From Phoronis australis (Eukaryota; Animalia; Phoronida), in NCBI GenBank assembly GCA_002633005.1, contig NMRA01000107.1, forward strand, positions 291,760 through 355,759: DNA of 64,000 bases. The letters run 5' to 3'. Below are positions 41,963 through 54,760 of this stretch, in pieces; the first letter of the stretch is position 1, and every line of letters begins with the position of its first letter. A program made the position numbers and the translations under genes. The notes below the pieces were generated by a model. That model was given only the letters and a program-made list of their open reading frames with translations, was not told where the DNA came from and ran no database searches.

Positions 41963-42876
41963 ACCACAATACACATAAAAGTCCCTTTTTATAAGGCCTA
42001 TCCCAGTCTCCGAAGCTTTGGGCAGTGGGAACACTTAACTTCAGTCTTTTATCAAGTTAACAGCACTAGTTAGCTTTGAAGTTAGAGGTGGGTTTGACAG
42101 GGAAGTGTTGACCTTCAGAATATTGTGAACACCTGATGCCACCAGAATTATCCGCAGGTGTCAATGTGCTCGCCAACAGCGAGTGGTAACTAGTTAATAT
42201 TTGTTCCAATATTTATTATTTTGGCAAGCATTCTGTTTCAGTTTGACCATGTTTGCTGGAATCTTTCCTTGAAAAAATAAGTCCACTGAACGTTTTGTGT
42301 AACACACGCAGATGAAAGTCCACCGTCCATATATCTTATTGTCAGTGGAAAACCTGTAAATGTTACACTTTGATAATCAAATAAATTTTTCATCAACAGG
42401 CAGGTTTGTCACTAATTATTCAGTTTTAAAGCCTCATACAGAGCAGTAGTGCTGTTCTTTTATAAAGATGAAGCAATAACCGATTATGCTAACTTGCGAA
42501 TTGTCATTTTCCTGTTGACCTATAGAAATGTATGGTGATCAAAATGAAGTATTCCTTTTGTTTACATTTGATTTGTTCATATGTGGAACTCTCTTTTTAG
42601 AGCTTTCTTAACTGAAGGTCTTTGAACAGTTTCAAGTTTTGTGTTCCCTTGTCTATAACAAAAGTTCCACACGCAAGCAAAATGTTTTCAATTGTAGCTA
42701 GCTGGATAAGAATCTGCTATACACAAGATTCAAGAATAAACAATTATCAGTGTATTTAAAAACAAAATGGCAAACTGAACAACTGCATACTTACGGTACA
42801 AATAGTCCGGGAGCCAAATGCTGTCTTTTACTTAACCTGGTTTTGCCGAATAAAGTTTTTTCGTTGCTGTTTCATG

Positions 42877-45167
42877 TAGCCTAGGGTTTGGTAATCCGAA
42901 ATCAGGCGGGTGAGCATTCCCAAACCTTGAGCATTTTTTTAAATATGCAAATTAAGGTCGCCATTACGCAAAATTCTATTTTTACCTATAATTTCCTTAC
43001 CAAGATTATTTCGACGCTTTTTCCCATGTTTCCATGGTCAGTGAATTTAATGGAGCAAGTTTGTCTGTGAATACTTTGTCAATTTGCATAATTTATGCAA
43101 ATTAAGACCCCCATTATGCAAACTTCTATTTTTGCTATCATTTCCTTACCAAGCACTGCAGACAGGTTATTTTGATGCTTTCACCCATGTTTACATGGTC
43201 AATGAATTTAATAGTGAAAGTTTTTGGGTGGATATATCGTCAATTTGCATAATTTATGCAAATTAAGGCCACCATTATTCAAGTTTACTTGTTCTAATAG
43301 CTATGGTACCAATCACCACAGATGAATTATCATATTTCCACCTATGTTTCTATGGTCAATTAGTTTAATGAAATCAGTTTGCATGTTGTTGCATGATAAA
43401 AATTGCATAATTAATGCAAATTAAGGCCACCATTATTCAAAATTATTTGTTGCTTAAAGCTCTCTTACCATGCCCTTCAGACAGGTTACTTTAATGTTTT
43501 CACCCATGCTTCCATGGTCAGGGAATTTAATGGACCTCGTTTGCTAGTGGATAGATGGTGAACTTGCTTAATATATGCGTAATATATGCAAATTAAGGCC
43601 ACCATTATTCAAGCTTCTACTTTTGCTTACAGCTGAAGTACCAGGCACCCCAAATGAACTATTTTAGCGTCTTTACCCATTTCTTTGAAATCAGTTTGCA
43701 AGTTGTTGCATGATGAATTTTCATATTTTATACAAATAATGGACACCACCATTCCAAATACTGTGTCTGCTCTTAATTTCCTTACCGGGTGTTACACACA
43801 CGTAGATTATTTTCGAATTTACCTCATGTTTTTGATAATTTATGCAAATTACAGCTGGCATATTCAAAATTCTACTTGTGCTTATAACTGCTGCATCAGA
43901 CACCAGAGGTCAGTTATAAATATTTGTACCCATGTTTCGGTGGTCAATGAATTTAATGAAACCTGTTTACAGAATCACCTTTTTTATGAGGTAAGAAAAT
44001 ATTTTGTGTAGGATGTGTTCTGTGGTTTGAGACCTTAAAAATATAAAAAGATATTGCCCTGCGCTCTCACAGACCATAGAAAAAGCGCAAATTAGTTTAA
44101 TGTTTTGGGTGAATGCTGCCGGGAATGGGGCTCGGAGCGATCAGTTTATACGGACTACATTCATGAGGTAGGAATACAGAAGTGAGGGGTTAGTAGGGAA
44201 TTGCCCTCAAAGAAAAGAATCTTAAGCTTTGGGCAGAAGTTGCCATTTGTCCTACAATATTGAAACAGATCTTGGACAGATGGAGAGTGGTAACGTTAGA
44301 TCCTGTACTAAAACTTATCACACGGAAGAAAGTAAGGCCGGTCTTGATGCACATGCCCAGGATATTGCACGGATCTGTCAAAAGTAGATACCAGCATCAA
44401 TCTATTGGATCCCAATGTCCATCCCAAAGACACAGTGGTGAACATCAGCATGACAGGATTGCCACTTCAACAGTTAACGTACATGAAACTATAAGCATGG
44501 GGCAGGTAATGTTATCAGACTTCGAGAAAGGCTACCAGTACATTAGGAATACAAGTAGGCAATCACTGATGAAGATCCTTGTCCCTTAACATTGGAGATC
44601 GAGACATCCCATGAAGAAGCTAGCTCCATTATTGTCTAACAGGACGTGAAATGTGCATGTGAACTTAACAAATTTTAGGTTGTTTCGGATGACAAAAATG
44701 TATTGTCCTTCATGTTATTACTAAGACAAGGAACAGCTTCAAATATCACAACCATGAAATCACCTAGTAAGCGTAGAACAGTTGAACACATATTAACAGT
44801 GAAAACATGTAGCGATAATGTGATGGTCTCCTCTCTGCCCATGCACTGTAGGGGTGTAACACGTTGGCATGCTACTGTGGAGTTGGAAAGGGATCCATCG
44901 TTAAAATACTGAAGACTGAACACGACCTGCGTGCCATCGGCACTAGTAATGCACATTTTCTGATGTCATGAAACAGGCCTCTGAATGTATGTGCGCCTGT
45001 TATGGAATGAAGAGAATCAGGAAGATGTCACGAACCAGACTACTGGCATTGGGGAAGAGAAATGGCAAGAAATACATGTCCGCCCCCACACTGTTACCAA
45101 CAACAGAGGCATTCAAAGAGAATGTAAACATAAACAGAGCCCATTACCAGTCAGTCATGAGGTGGAT
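42877..45167 (+). mobile_element. Decayed Academ-like DNA transposon (left end, subterminal repeats, pseudogenised XPG/FEN1-like ORF)
   Basis: Starts TAGCCTAGGG; ~160-bp ATGCAAAT repeats 42940-43900; remnant peptides VSDDKNVLSFMLL, GLLSAHAL*GCNTLACYCGVGKGSIVKILK, LLPTTEAFKENVNINRAHYQSV. Confidence 0.7.
44380..45167 (+). pseudogene. Fragmented Academ transposase / XPG-like nuclease domain
   Basis: HAL(S/T)GCDT-type H3TH motif with an in-frame TAG at 44849, DD-V motif upstream, LPPT..F..(H/N)V.RAHYQ-type motif downstream; frameshifted. Confidence 0.7.
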
Positions 45168-46470
45168 GTAGAGGGCGCATTGGCAAACCAATCACTTTCA
45201 AACTGGTCACGTGTTTGTTGCTATTGATCAGCTTTTATAAAATTTTGTTTAACCGAAGTCACTTTCAAGATGGCGGCTCTGGCACATTTTCACTCATTTT
45301 CAATCGTTCTGCTGTCACATTTTTAACGGGAAGAGCAAATGACGTGAATTTTTGCATATGGCTTCCTTGAAGTATGCTCTTTCAAAAATTCTGCAGTAAC
45401 GTTTTTCTCAGACTTACCGTTTTTGAGTTATTTGACTTTGAATTTCAAAAAAACGCAAAATTTCAATTTTTTCGAAAAATTTATGAGATTTTGCAAAACT
45501 ATCAATCTAGGTAGTTTTGGACGGGCTTTCAGAAGATATTATCCATTTTTCGCTACGACGTGTACTTTTTGAATTATTCGAGATTTTCTGATAGCGCTGT
45601 TCCTTTGTTGACAGCTCTTGCTGCCCTGATGTTGGTTTAGCTTCTGTTGAACAAGACCATGAAGACATTGCTCATAGAGGCCGCATTTTTCGACGTGCAG
45701 GGCTGAAAATTGGTACGATTATTATGGCATACAAGCACTACAATTCCGCCGCAAATCTTTAACTTCCGATCAAAGATGGCGGAAATATCGGCAATGGCGC
45801 ATGCGCACCTCGATAACAGGCCGAAAATGTTTTCTCCTGTAGAGGGAGCATTGGCGAACCAATCATTTTCAAACTTGTCATGTGTTAGTTGCTTTTGATC
45901 AGCTTTTATAAATTTTTTTTAACCGGAAGTCACTTTCAAGACGGCGGCTCTAGCGCATTTTCACGCAATTTTCAATTGTTCTGCAGTCGCATTTTGAACG
46001 GGAAGACCAAAATGATGTGAATTTTTGCATGTGGATTCCTTGAAATATGCTCTTTCAAAAGTTGCGTGATAACGTTTTTGTCAGACTTACCGCTTTCGAG
46101 TTATTTGATTTTGAATTTCAAAACAAAATGCAAAAATTAAATTTTTTCGAAAAATTCATGGAATGTTGCAAAACCGCCAGGATACATAGAATTTTGAACG
46201 GACTTTCAAAAGATATTTTCAATTTGTCGGTAGGACGTCTAATTTTTTAATTATTCGAGTTTCTGAAAATGCTGTTCCTTTGTTGACCGATTTTGCTATT
46301 CGCCAAGTGTCCCTCAAGACTGTAGCCTATTTACTGATTTCTCACATCTTCTCTATTCACATGAGTGTTATAGTGTTGCTCATAATCGCCACCTTCATCA
46401 TCACAATCATCATCGTTAATTTCGCCTAGTGTCACTCAAGATTGTAGGTTGCACTGAACAGTCAGGTCGC
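45167..46470 (+). repeat. Interspersed repeat with a 671-bp tandem duplication
   Basis: TGTAGAGGG.GCATTGGC.AACCAATCA.TTTCAAACT at 45167 and 45838; similarity runs ~450 bp; inverted copy at 57590-58475. Confidence 0.85.
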
Positions 46471-49400
46471 GGCCACGGGGCATTTTCTAGTGCCTACAAT
46501 TCATATACAGGGCGTATGTCAGCTTTGGCTCGTTGTTCGAGGAATTTGTTGAAATAATACCAATAAAGTTTTTGAAAAAAAGTATTTACTTGTCGTTTCC
46601 TTTTTGTAAGAATCATATTGCAAGAAAAAAGTTCTCACTATACTGTGATAAGATATGCGATGTATCATCTACTAGATTAAATTGACCAGCACGGAAATAA
46701 TTTTTCTTACTTTAGACTGTGATACTTTTTCAATTTGATCCAGAATTTATTAAATTAACATCTACCTTATGAATTTGATAATATAGCAAAACACCTACAA
46801 CTAGCTTATTTATGACAAATTAGCAAGACACATAACAATTGGGGTAATTTTTAGGGTCAAGTGACCTCCAAAAATGGGTTCGTTTAGGGAAAAAATCAAA
46901 AGCAATAGGAAATTCAAACTTAATCTCTGAAACTAGAGAGACTGGGCTTTCAGATGACACCAGAAATGTTCATCCAGTCACAATTAAAATGTCTTGGTTG
47001 ACCTTTTCACAAAACTGCCCCTTAGATACAAAATCACATGCTCTCTACTGGCTCTCGAAGTGTTTATACAGTTTATACTTACAGGGAAACCCCGGCGTTA
47101 TTGAACTGTACACAGATAACCCGTACCTAAATACCTTAGTAAGGCCACTGTCCGACTGTCCAGCTGGGCCAAATGGTCACGTCACAACGCGAAGGCGTTC
47201 CCCTTTCTAATCGGTCACTGTAGTCTTATTATCTTTCTTTTATGAGTAGCACAAACACAATCATAGCCATAGGACTATACTTGACTCATCACCTCAGTTT
47301 CTTAGGCGCCCAGGCGAAGTATAGCTTAGAACAAACCAACAACGTAAAATTCAAATCATCAAATGAATTTCAAACCATAAATCGTAATTTTGTCACCTGA
47401 AATTCCATAGAATGTCAAATCCTGCAGAATCGATGAGCACTGTGTAACCAGTCTTAGTGAGAGAGTTTTACAAAGGCTTAACGCACACGTGCTTAACGTC
47501 TCAGATTTGCACAGGGGAGATAATCTCTTAACTAAGAACAGGCCAGATAACTAGCCGGATATCAAAATTTATGCATGTCCATATCAGACCATAGTACTCA
47601 TGAATATCATTTCTCTCTGAAACGATGCATGCAAGATTATTTACGTTCCAGGCAGACGAATTTACCGACGACTATAAGAAACAAGTTTTTATTTTTTTAC
47701 TCAAGTACCTGTGCATCAAATTAGCCACTCAGAAAACTAATTTCCAATGTATATAGATAAAATGTTATATATGGGTGTTTTGATGATTTTCCTATTTGAA
47801 ATGGTACAAGAATTGTCCTAACATTAAAACCGAGGAAGACTGATGCAGGACCGTGGAAGCGGGGGGGGCGGGGGCGGGGGGGGTATTGCCNGGTTATTGC
47901 CCCACCAAAAAAATTGCAGGCGTCAGGGTTAAACGTCTGGCAACCGACATAGACTCGGGGCCGGGGACAGTAGGGAAAAGAAAGACTACGAATACGAGTA
48001 AGAGAGATAAATCAAGAGAACATTTGACAAGTCAGTATCAGTGCATGATTTACTCAGTCTTTCAGAGGGCCCTGGCCAGAACATTGTTGTTAGGGTCTCG
48101 GTTTTTGTTGCATACATGTAGGTCGTCTGAATGCACTTGAAAAAGTGCACTTTATCATCCATACATGTATTTCGAAAAATCGAGAAAAATCGAAAAGCGA
48201 AGCTTATGCGGAGCATATTAATTAACTGGATTTTAAATTCAACAAGACAGTTTTGCAAATGCAGAAATGGAAAATTACATTTTCCAGACAACTGTCGTTC
48301 TATTTTTTGTGTTTTTCTTTCTCTAAATTGTGTAATGATTTGAGAAAATTGATTGCCTGGCAGATAACATCAATTGCTGCGCATTTCCTGACTTGAAAAT
48401 TTCTTTTCATATTTAGGGGCCCAGCTCTTGAAGAGGACCATTGGTAATATTTAAGTGGCCACCCTTTTCGTGTTTTATTTGGCAAATTTTTAAGGGGCTG
48501 TTCAAGAAGAGAGAGCCCAATGTTGGAATCGATTATCTCTATTTTCCTGTTTTTTTTTGTGAAATCGTACAACCGGCTTTCATGCTGAGGAAAGTCACTT
48601 CTTGCAAGGTTACCCGACAATGGGATGAAATGTCGCTCTTTTCCAAGCTTAAGGATGTGTAGCCTTTCATCTTAGGTGTCCCATTTCAGACGGGACCCCT
48701 TCATGGTGTGGCAGTTCGGGTGTGCCTCTAGACAGGCATGTAAATCGGCCGACACTGCCATGAGAGGAAGTTGATATTCCAAATTCATCAAAAACACAAA
48801 ACAACCGTGCACAGCACAGCAGTTTCAAAGCATTCGACCCAAACAACCAAAAATGTGAAAGTACAATTAGATTGACCACCCTCAAAAAGTTAGATTTTTG
48901 AAAAACGATAGGGATCAATATTTGTGAATTGCACAAAAAGGTTACTTCAGATGGTTACTTATAAATAATGTTATACTTTTTAATAGTATCACAAAAATAG
49001 TATTTCTTTTGAAGGTCGTTACTAGGATCTGTTTGTAATGAATTCACACATGTCGAAAAGACTGTGATGACCGTGTACATGTCGAACAGTGGTACTCGAA
49101 ATATTCGTAATAATAAACAAATATTTCAGCGCTTTTTTGGAGTTCAAGTTAAACTCGTGAACCGTTATAGGTACCTAAGAAATAAGCAATACACCTTAAT
49201 ATGAATGCCCCATCTTCCTTGTTTCTCGGGTTACCCGTCAAAAATCTGCGATCATGCCTGCGGAGATTATAACATTCCGTTTTGATAAACAAATTCGTTT
49301 GTTTCTGATTTACATGTTTATGTATCTACGAAAACCGACAGGTTATTAGATGATTTTTGGCAATTAGAAGCTAATGTTTTAAGAAATGACGATGTTTCAG

Positions 49401-52182
49401 TGAATTTAGTTGAAGCCTGAATATGGAAAAACTCTATAATCAGATCCCCAAATAGTAAAGTGCACTTGGACACTTCTTGCCTATCTAAAGTAACTCTCAA
49501 AGACATTGACGAAATTTGGACAATTCCCAAAAATCTAATCACAATTCAAATGACAATAAATGCATTGCTTTTTGACTTCGGTACAAGATTTGTCGTTTAA
49601 ACTCACTAACAATTATTTTTGCCTTCTTACTGGCCTGGTCGGTGATGCTGCTTGGGTACTAGCAGTTTTTTCTGTTTGACACTTTCTCCGTGTGTGTTTT
49701 TTCCCTTTTTTCTTGGATAATACTTCGGGAATCAAGGGAAATGCTTGGTTTTTAGAGGAAAAAACAGAAAAATTTCCTTAGCGGGAGGAACCCTCCTCCC
49801 GACCTCCCCCCATGCGGTGCTATGCGCATCTACAATCGTGTTTTGAGCAAATGTTTACAGACAAAATGTTACCCCCCCTGTGATATCCTAGATCCGCCAC
49901 TGGTTCATAGGATATAAATATAATAAAATATTGGTTTTAAGCATTTGAAATGTTCAGAAAATAGGACGACGGTGATTGGACAATTGTCGAGCGTTGAATA
50001 AGCAACAGTACCCTGCCCGTAAGTGGCATAAGAAAGGAAAGATATTCGTACAAGAACCATCTCACCGCGTTGAATAACCACTACCACGCGTTGATTAAGT
50101 TCATAAATGAGAGTAGAAGGCTTAACGAATGTTTCTTTAGAGAAAAAAATCAAGTCATTTCGCAAATACGCCCATGGGCGTACTTTTGGGTGGGCCTAGT
50201 TTCAGGAATTCCCGGTACGTTATATTTGACCTCAGCGCTATCTGTACTGGAACGGTAGACTCAGTGTGGGAATTGAATCTATAACCAAAAGAAAAAAAAT
50301 CCACTAAAAAGGCGCAGACGCACAGTTCACAGTTCTGAAGGTGGTACTCCGTTTTTTTTTTTTCTCTCTTTTTTCTTTTTTCAGTCCTCCTGCTTTTAAG
50401 CTCCATATTGCTAGAAATTGGAGCCCCCCCATGTTAATGGCTGGATCACGCTCTAGAGATATACTTTGAAAGAATGAGGTTCTTGGGTTGCCTGGTAGGC
50501 TGCCTCTGAACCCGTTTAAAAATCCCTTGTTACACGAGTATAGCCCATCTGTTGGCTGGGGCCAAATGATGCACAGGCTGTCCCACCCTCATTTCAGTGC
50601 AATTGCAGGACTCGGTTCAAATTCAGTTCCCGCAGATTCTTGCTTGGCAACCGGGGGGAACTTGGGACTGTGCACTCTGGCGGGGCTTGTGGTCTCCAAG
50701 AAAATTTACGAATTCTTCGTATTAATGAGTTTTTGGTTCATTCCAAAGGTAGCTATTACGGTTTATGAGTTAAAACTTAAAGTCCAAATATCTTTGAAAT
50801 CTTTGTTTCTGATTGTCAGTAGGTTTACAATATTTTGAGTACCTTTAATTGGCTACACACTGTACTCTGTGCACGATCTTCAAAAATCGACAGTACACTC
50901 GACAGTCTGTTCAACATGCACTTTGTGCAAGTTTCTTACAAACAACTCCTGCATGTAACGATCGATCTTCAAAAGAATACATTTCTTATGATAATGCGGG
51001 GAAAATATTGACATTTTGTCGTCATAAAAGCATCATCGTGAGACCCCGTTCTAGAAATAACTTTTCTTAACACAAAAGCCGGGTTGTACGATTTCTCAAA
51101 AACATGAAAATATAGGGAATCGGTTCCATCATTAGGCCATCTTTCTGTGAGCTACCCGTTTAAGAAGTTAGTAATAAAAACACGAAAAGGTTTGCCGCAT
51201 GGATGTCATCAACGGGCCCCATTCAATGTGGAAGTCTATATTCGCTTTTCGAAAAACAGGAAATGAACAGCAGTTGATGTTATCTGTCAAGTTCTCAATT
51301 TTGAAACTTGGAAAAAAACGAAAACGGAGCAACAAATGAGTTAACATGAAATGCAAAAGCTGTGATTTAAAACCCTCGACTTATTAGAAATAGAGGTATT
51401 AATGACCGAGTGCACGAATTCAAGACCTATGCCGCAAAATGGGCCCATGTTTCCGCTCCACGCCCCTATGGCGGTTGCCACGGCTTCACCATGCAATTTG
51501 ACGACAGCAAATTATTGGGAGAGGGGTGCACATGCGTCTTTAACAATTTTCAGGTTAAGCAGGACACTAGAAAAATGGAAATCAAATTTCAAAAATGGGT
51601 TATCGAATTGATATGTACTTCGAGACACAACTTGCGCACTGTTCTTTAAGGAATTGTTTTCAAAATTGATTTGTAAGATTTTCATATTATAAATTAAGTT
51701 GCATAAAACGAAATGAAACGATAGTGACATACGAGAACTGTAAACAGCGTTTTTGAGATTTCACCTTGAACATTATAACACATGAAATTTGGTCACGTTA
51801 TAGACACTGTTGTTTTGATATAAATGCACGTCTCGTTGTTGCTAGAAAGCTTGCCAACAGGGAAACAGACGGTGCCACATTCTTCCACTGAATGAATCGG
51901 CATTCTTTAAAGATCTTCTTAAGATTATGTTGGATCGAGTCTGTATTTAGCCAAAACTATAGACTTTAACTCATAAAACTATAGATTTTCTATAAGTGAA
52001 AGACCTATAAAGTTTCACTTTTGACTTTTTACAAATCTTATTAATTGGGTCACGTGAATATGTAGACAAGCATATACAATTCATGCGCGCGCACAGGGGG
52101 GCGAGAGCTGAAACGAGCCCTCCTATTTGGCGAAGTGGTCAAAAAGGTCCGCCTCGGAGAAAAACGAGACAAAAGTTCACTA

Positions 52183-54760
52183 AACAAGAGCAACGCAGAG
52201 CGTTGAAATGCGCCCACGAATGCATCGCAAATGGTGTGCTTTTATTAGGATTATTTATTTATATCACAAAAATGGCTACTAGATGGCGCAAAAACGTACA
52301 ATCCATCCAAAAACGAGAACATGCCATATTTCATAAAAATCTGTTAAAGAACTTCAGAGAAACAAACGAAAACAGAACAAAATGAAATTGCCGTTTGTGG
52401 GCACAGCGTCCGTCCCATCCGCCTGAAATTCTTCGTCTGTTATCTTCATATAAGTTCACTTACTAAATTTAATAAAGATCCTGCACTGGGTTTCGGAGAT
52501 ACAGCTAAGGACGCAAAACAAAACAAAACTACCACTAGGAAGCGCCACAGTAGTCAGTCAACATCATCAAACGTCCTCTCCACACTGAAAACATATATGC
52601 CAATTTTCAAAACCATCCCTAGAATGATTTGGTTGATCGAGGGGTGGACGCCAAAAACAAGATTAGAAAACAGCAAAAATGGCCACCAGGTGGCGCAAAA
52701 TAATTCGATTCCATCCAAAAACAGGAGGATAGCGTCATCTCACCAACAGATGCCTATATTCAAAATTTTATAAAAATTTGTTGAGGACCTTTGAAGATAC
52801 AGACTGGTAAACGTAAAAAACTAAAACTGCCACTAGGGGGCACACCAGTAGTCAGATCCGTCCGAAAGTCGTTGTCATCTATTGTCAACATCATATAAAT
52901 ACACTTGCTAAATTAAGTAAAGATCCTGCAAACAGCTTAATAGATACAGCCATGATTGCAAAAAAACAAATCTGCCAATAGGAGTCGCCCCAGTAGTCAA
53001 AGTCGTCAGAAAATCATCGCCAGCCGTCCACTTCATAGTAAAAACATACATGTCAATTTTCACAATTATCCTGGAAAGGGTTTGGTTGATAGATAAGTGG
53101 ACGCCAAAAAACACTGAAAACAGTAAAAATGGCCACTAGGTGGCGCAGATTAGGTCGAATTCATCTGAAAACAGAGAGATAGCGACACCTCATTAATAGA
53201 TGCCTATATGCCAAATTTTATAACAAGAGCAACGCAGAGCGTTGAAATGCGCCCACAATTGCACCGCATACGGTATCCCTCTAGGGTTGCTTAGTGGTAC
53301 CATAAAGTGGCCAGTAGAGGGCATATATGTAGTATGTTGTACTTAGCAAAATGGAAAGGCATGGTCATTGTCTCCTCAATAGGCTAGGGGCAAAATGTGA
53401 GTAATCTTCATAATACAAGCACATCCTATACACCAGTTGCTTAAAGCACCACAGAAACATAGAATTAAAAACAAATTTACCAACATACGAGATTAGCACA
53501 GCATTAGAATGCCAGAAACAAATTTCTACTTGGAACTTTTCCTTCACAGTCANNNNNNNNNNNNNNNNNNNNNNNNNNNNNNNNNNNNNNNNNNNNNNNN
53601 NNNNNNNNNNNNNNNNNNNNNNNNNNNNNNNNNNNNNNNNNNNNNNNNNNNNNNNNNNNNNNNNNNNNNNNNNNNNNNNNNNNNNNNNNNNNNNNNNNNN
53701 NNNNNNNNNNNNNNNNNNNNNNNNNNNNNNNNNNNNNNNNNNNNNNNNNNNNNNNNNNNNNNNNNNNNNNNNNNNNNNNNNNNNNNNNNNNNNNNNNNNN
53801 NNNNNNNNNNNNNNNNNNNNNNNNNNNNNNNNNNNNNNNNNNNNNNNNNNNNNNNNNNNNNNNNNNAACCGTCCTCTACATAGTAAGCATATACATGCCA
53901 ATTTTCACAATCATCCTTTGAGCGGTTTGGTTGATAGAGGGGTGGACGCTCAAAAACAGACTCGAAAACACTAAAAATGGCCACTAGGTGGCGCAAACAA
54001 CGTCAAATCCATCTGAAAACGGGAGGATAGCGTCATCTCACTAAAAGGTGCCTACATACCAAATTTCATGAAAATCCGTTAAGGACTTGTGAAGATACAA
54101 AGGTAAGCGTAAAAAAATTAAAATTGCCACTAGGGGGCACACCGGTAGTCGGATCCGTCCAAAAGTCATCATCTTCCGTTGTTAACATCATATAAATATA
54201 CTTAATAAATTTCGTAAAGATCCTGCAAACGGTTTAGGAGATACAGCCATAGGCCCCGCAAAAAACTGCCACTAGGAGGCGCCACAGTTGTCGAAATCGT
54301 CGGAAAATCATCATCATCAACCGTCCTTTCATTGTAAGAACATACAATGCATGCCAATTTTCACAATCATCCTTTGAGCGGTTTGGTTGATAGAGGAGTG
54401 GACGCAAAAAAAAACCCAGTAAAAACGGCCACTATGTGGTGCAAGCTACGTCAAATCCATCCGAAAACGGGAGGATAGCGTCACCTCACTAATAGGTGCC
54501 TACATACCAATTTCATGAAAATCCGTTAAATCTTTTGAAGATACAAAGGTAAACGTAAAAAAACTAAAATTGCCACTAGGGGGCACACCGGTAGTCGGAT
54601 CCGTCCGAAAGTTCGCTCATTCCGTCCCATTAATGAATGCAACATGTGTGCCATATTTCATGAACGTATGTCAAAGGGTTTTGGAGATAGAGCAGCGGAC
54701 GCCGGACGGATGGAGATGACGGCATAATGCGTCCACATATAAATATGTGTGCTCATAAAA
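52183..54760 (+). mobile_element. Helentron-associated (HINE/DINE-like) non-autonomous elements: two starts (52183, 53222), one end (54760), central ~150-bp tandem monomers
   Basis: AACAAGAG + hairpin CAACGC-AGA-GCGTTG + subTIR ATGCGCCCAC; other end has a CGGAC/GGAC microsatellite plus ATGCGTCCACATAT-AA-ATATGTGTGCTCAT-AAAA. This is DINE-1/HINE architecture read in reverse. Confidence 0.8.
53553..53866. other. Assembly gap (N run)
   Basis: Run of n within the HINE array. Confidence 1.

Noticed and set aside
53365-53996. Long ORFs of 124-178 aa
   Set aside because: They read through the N gap.
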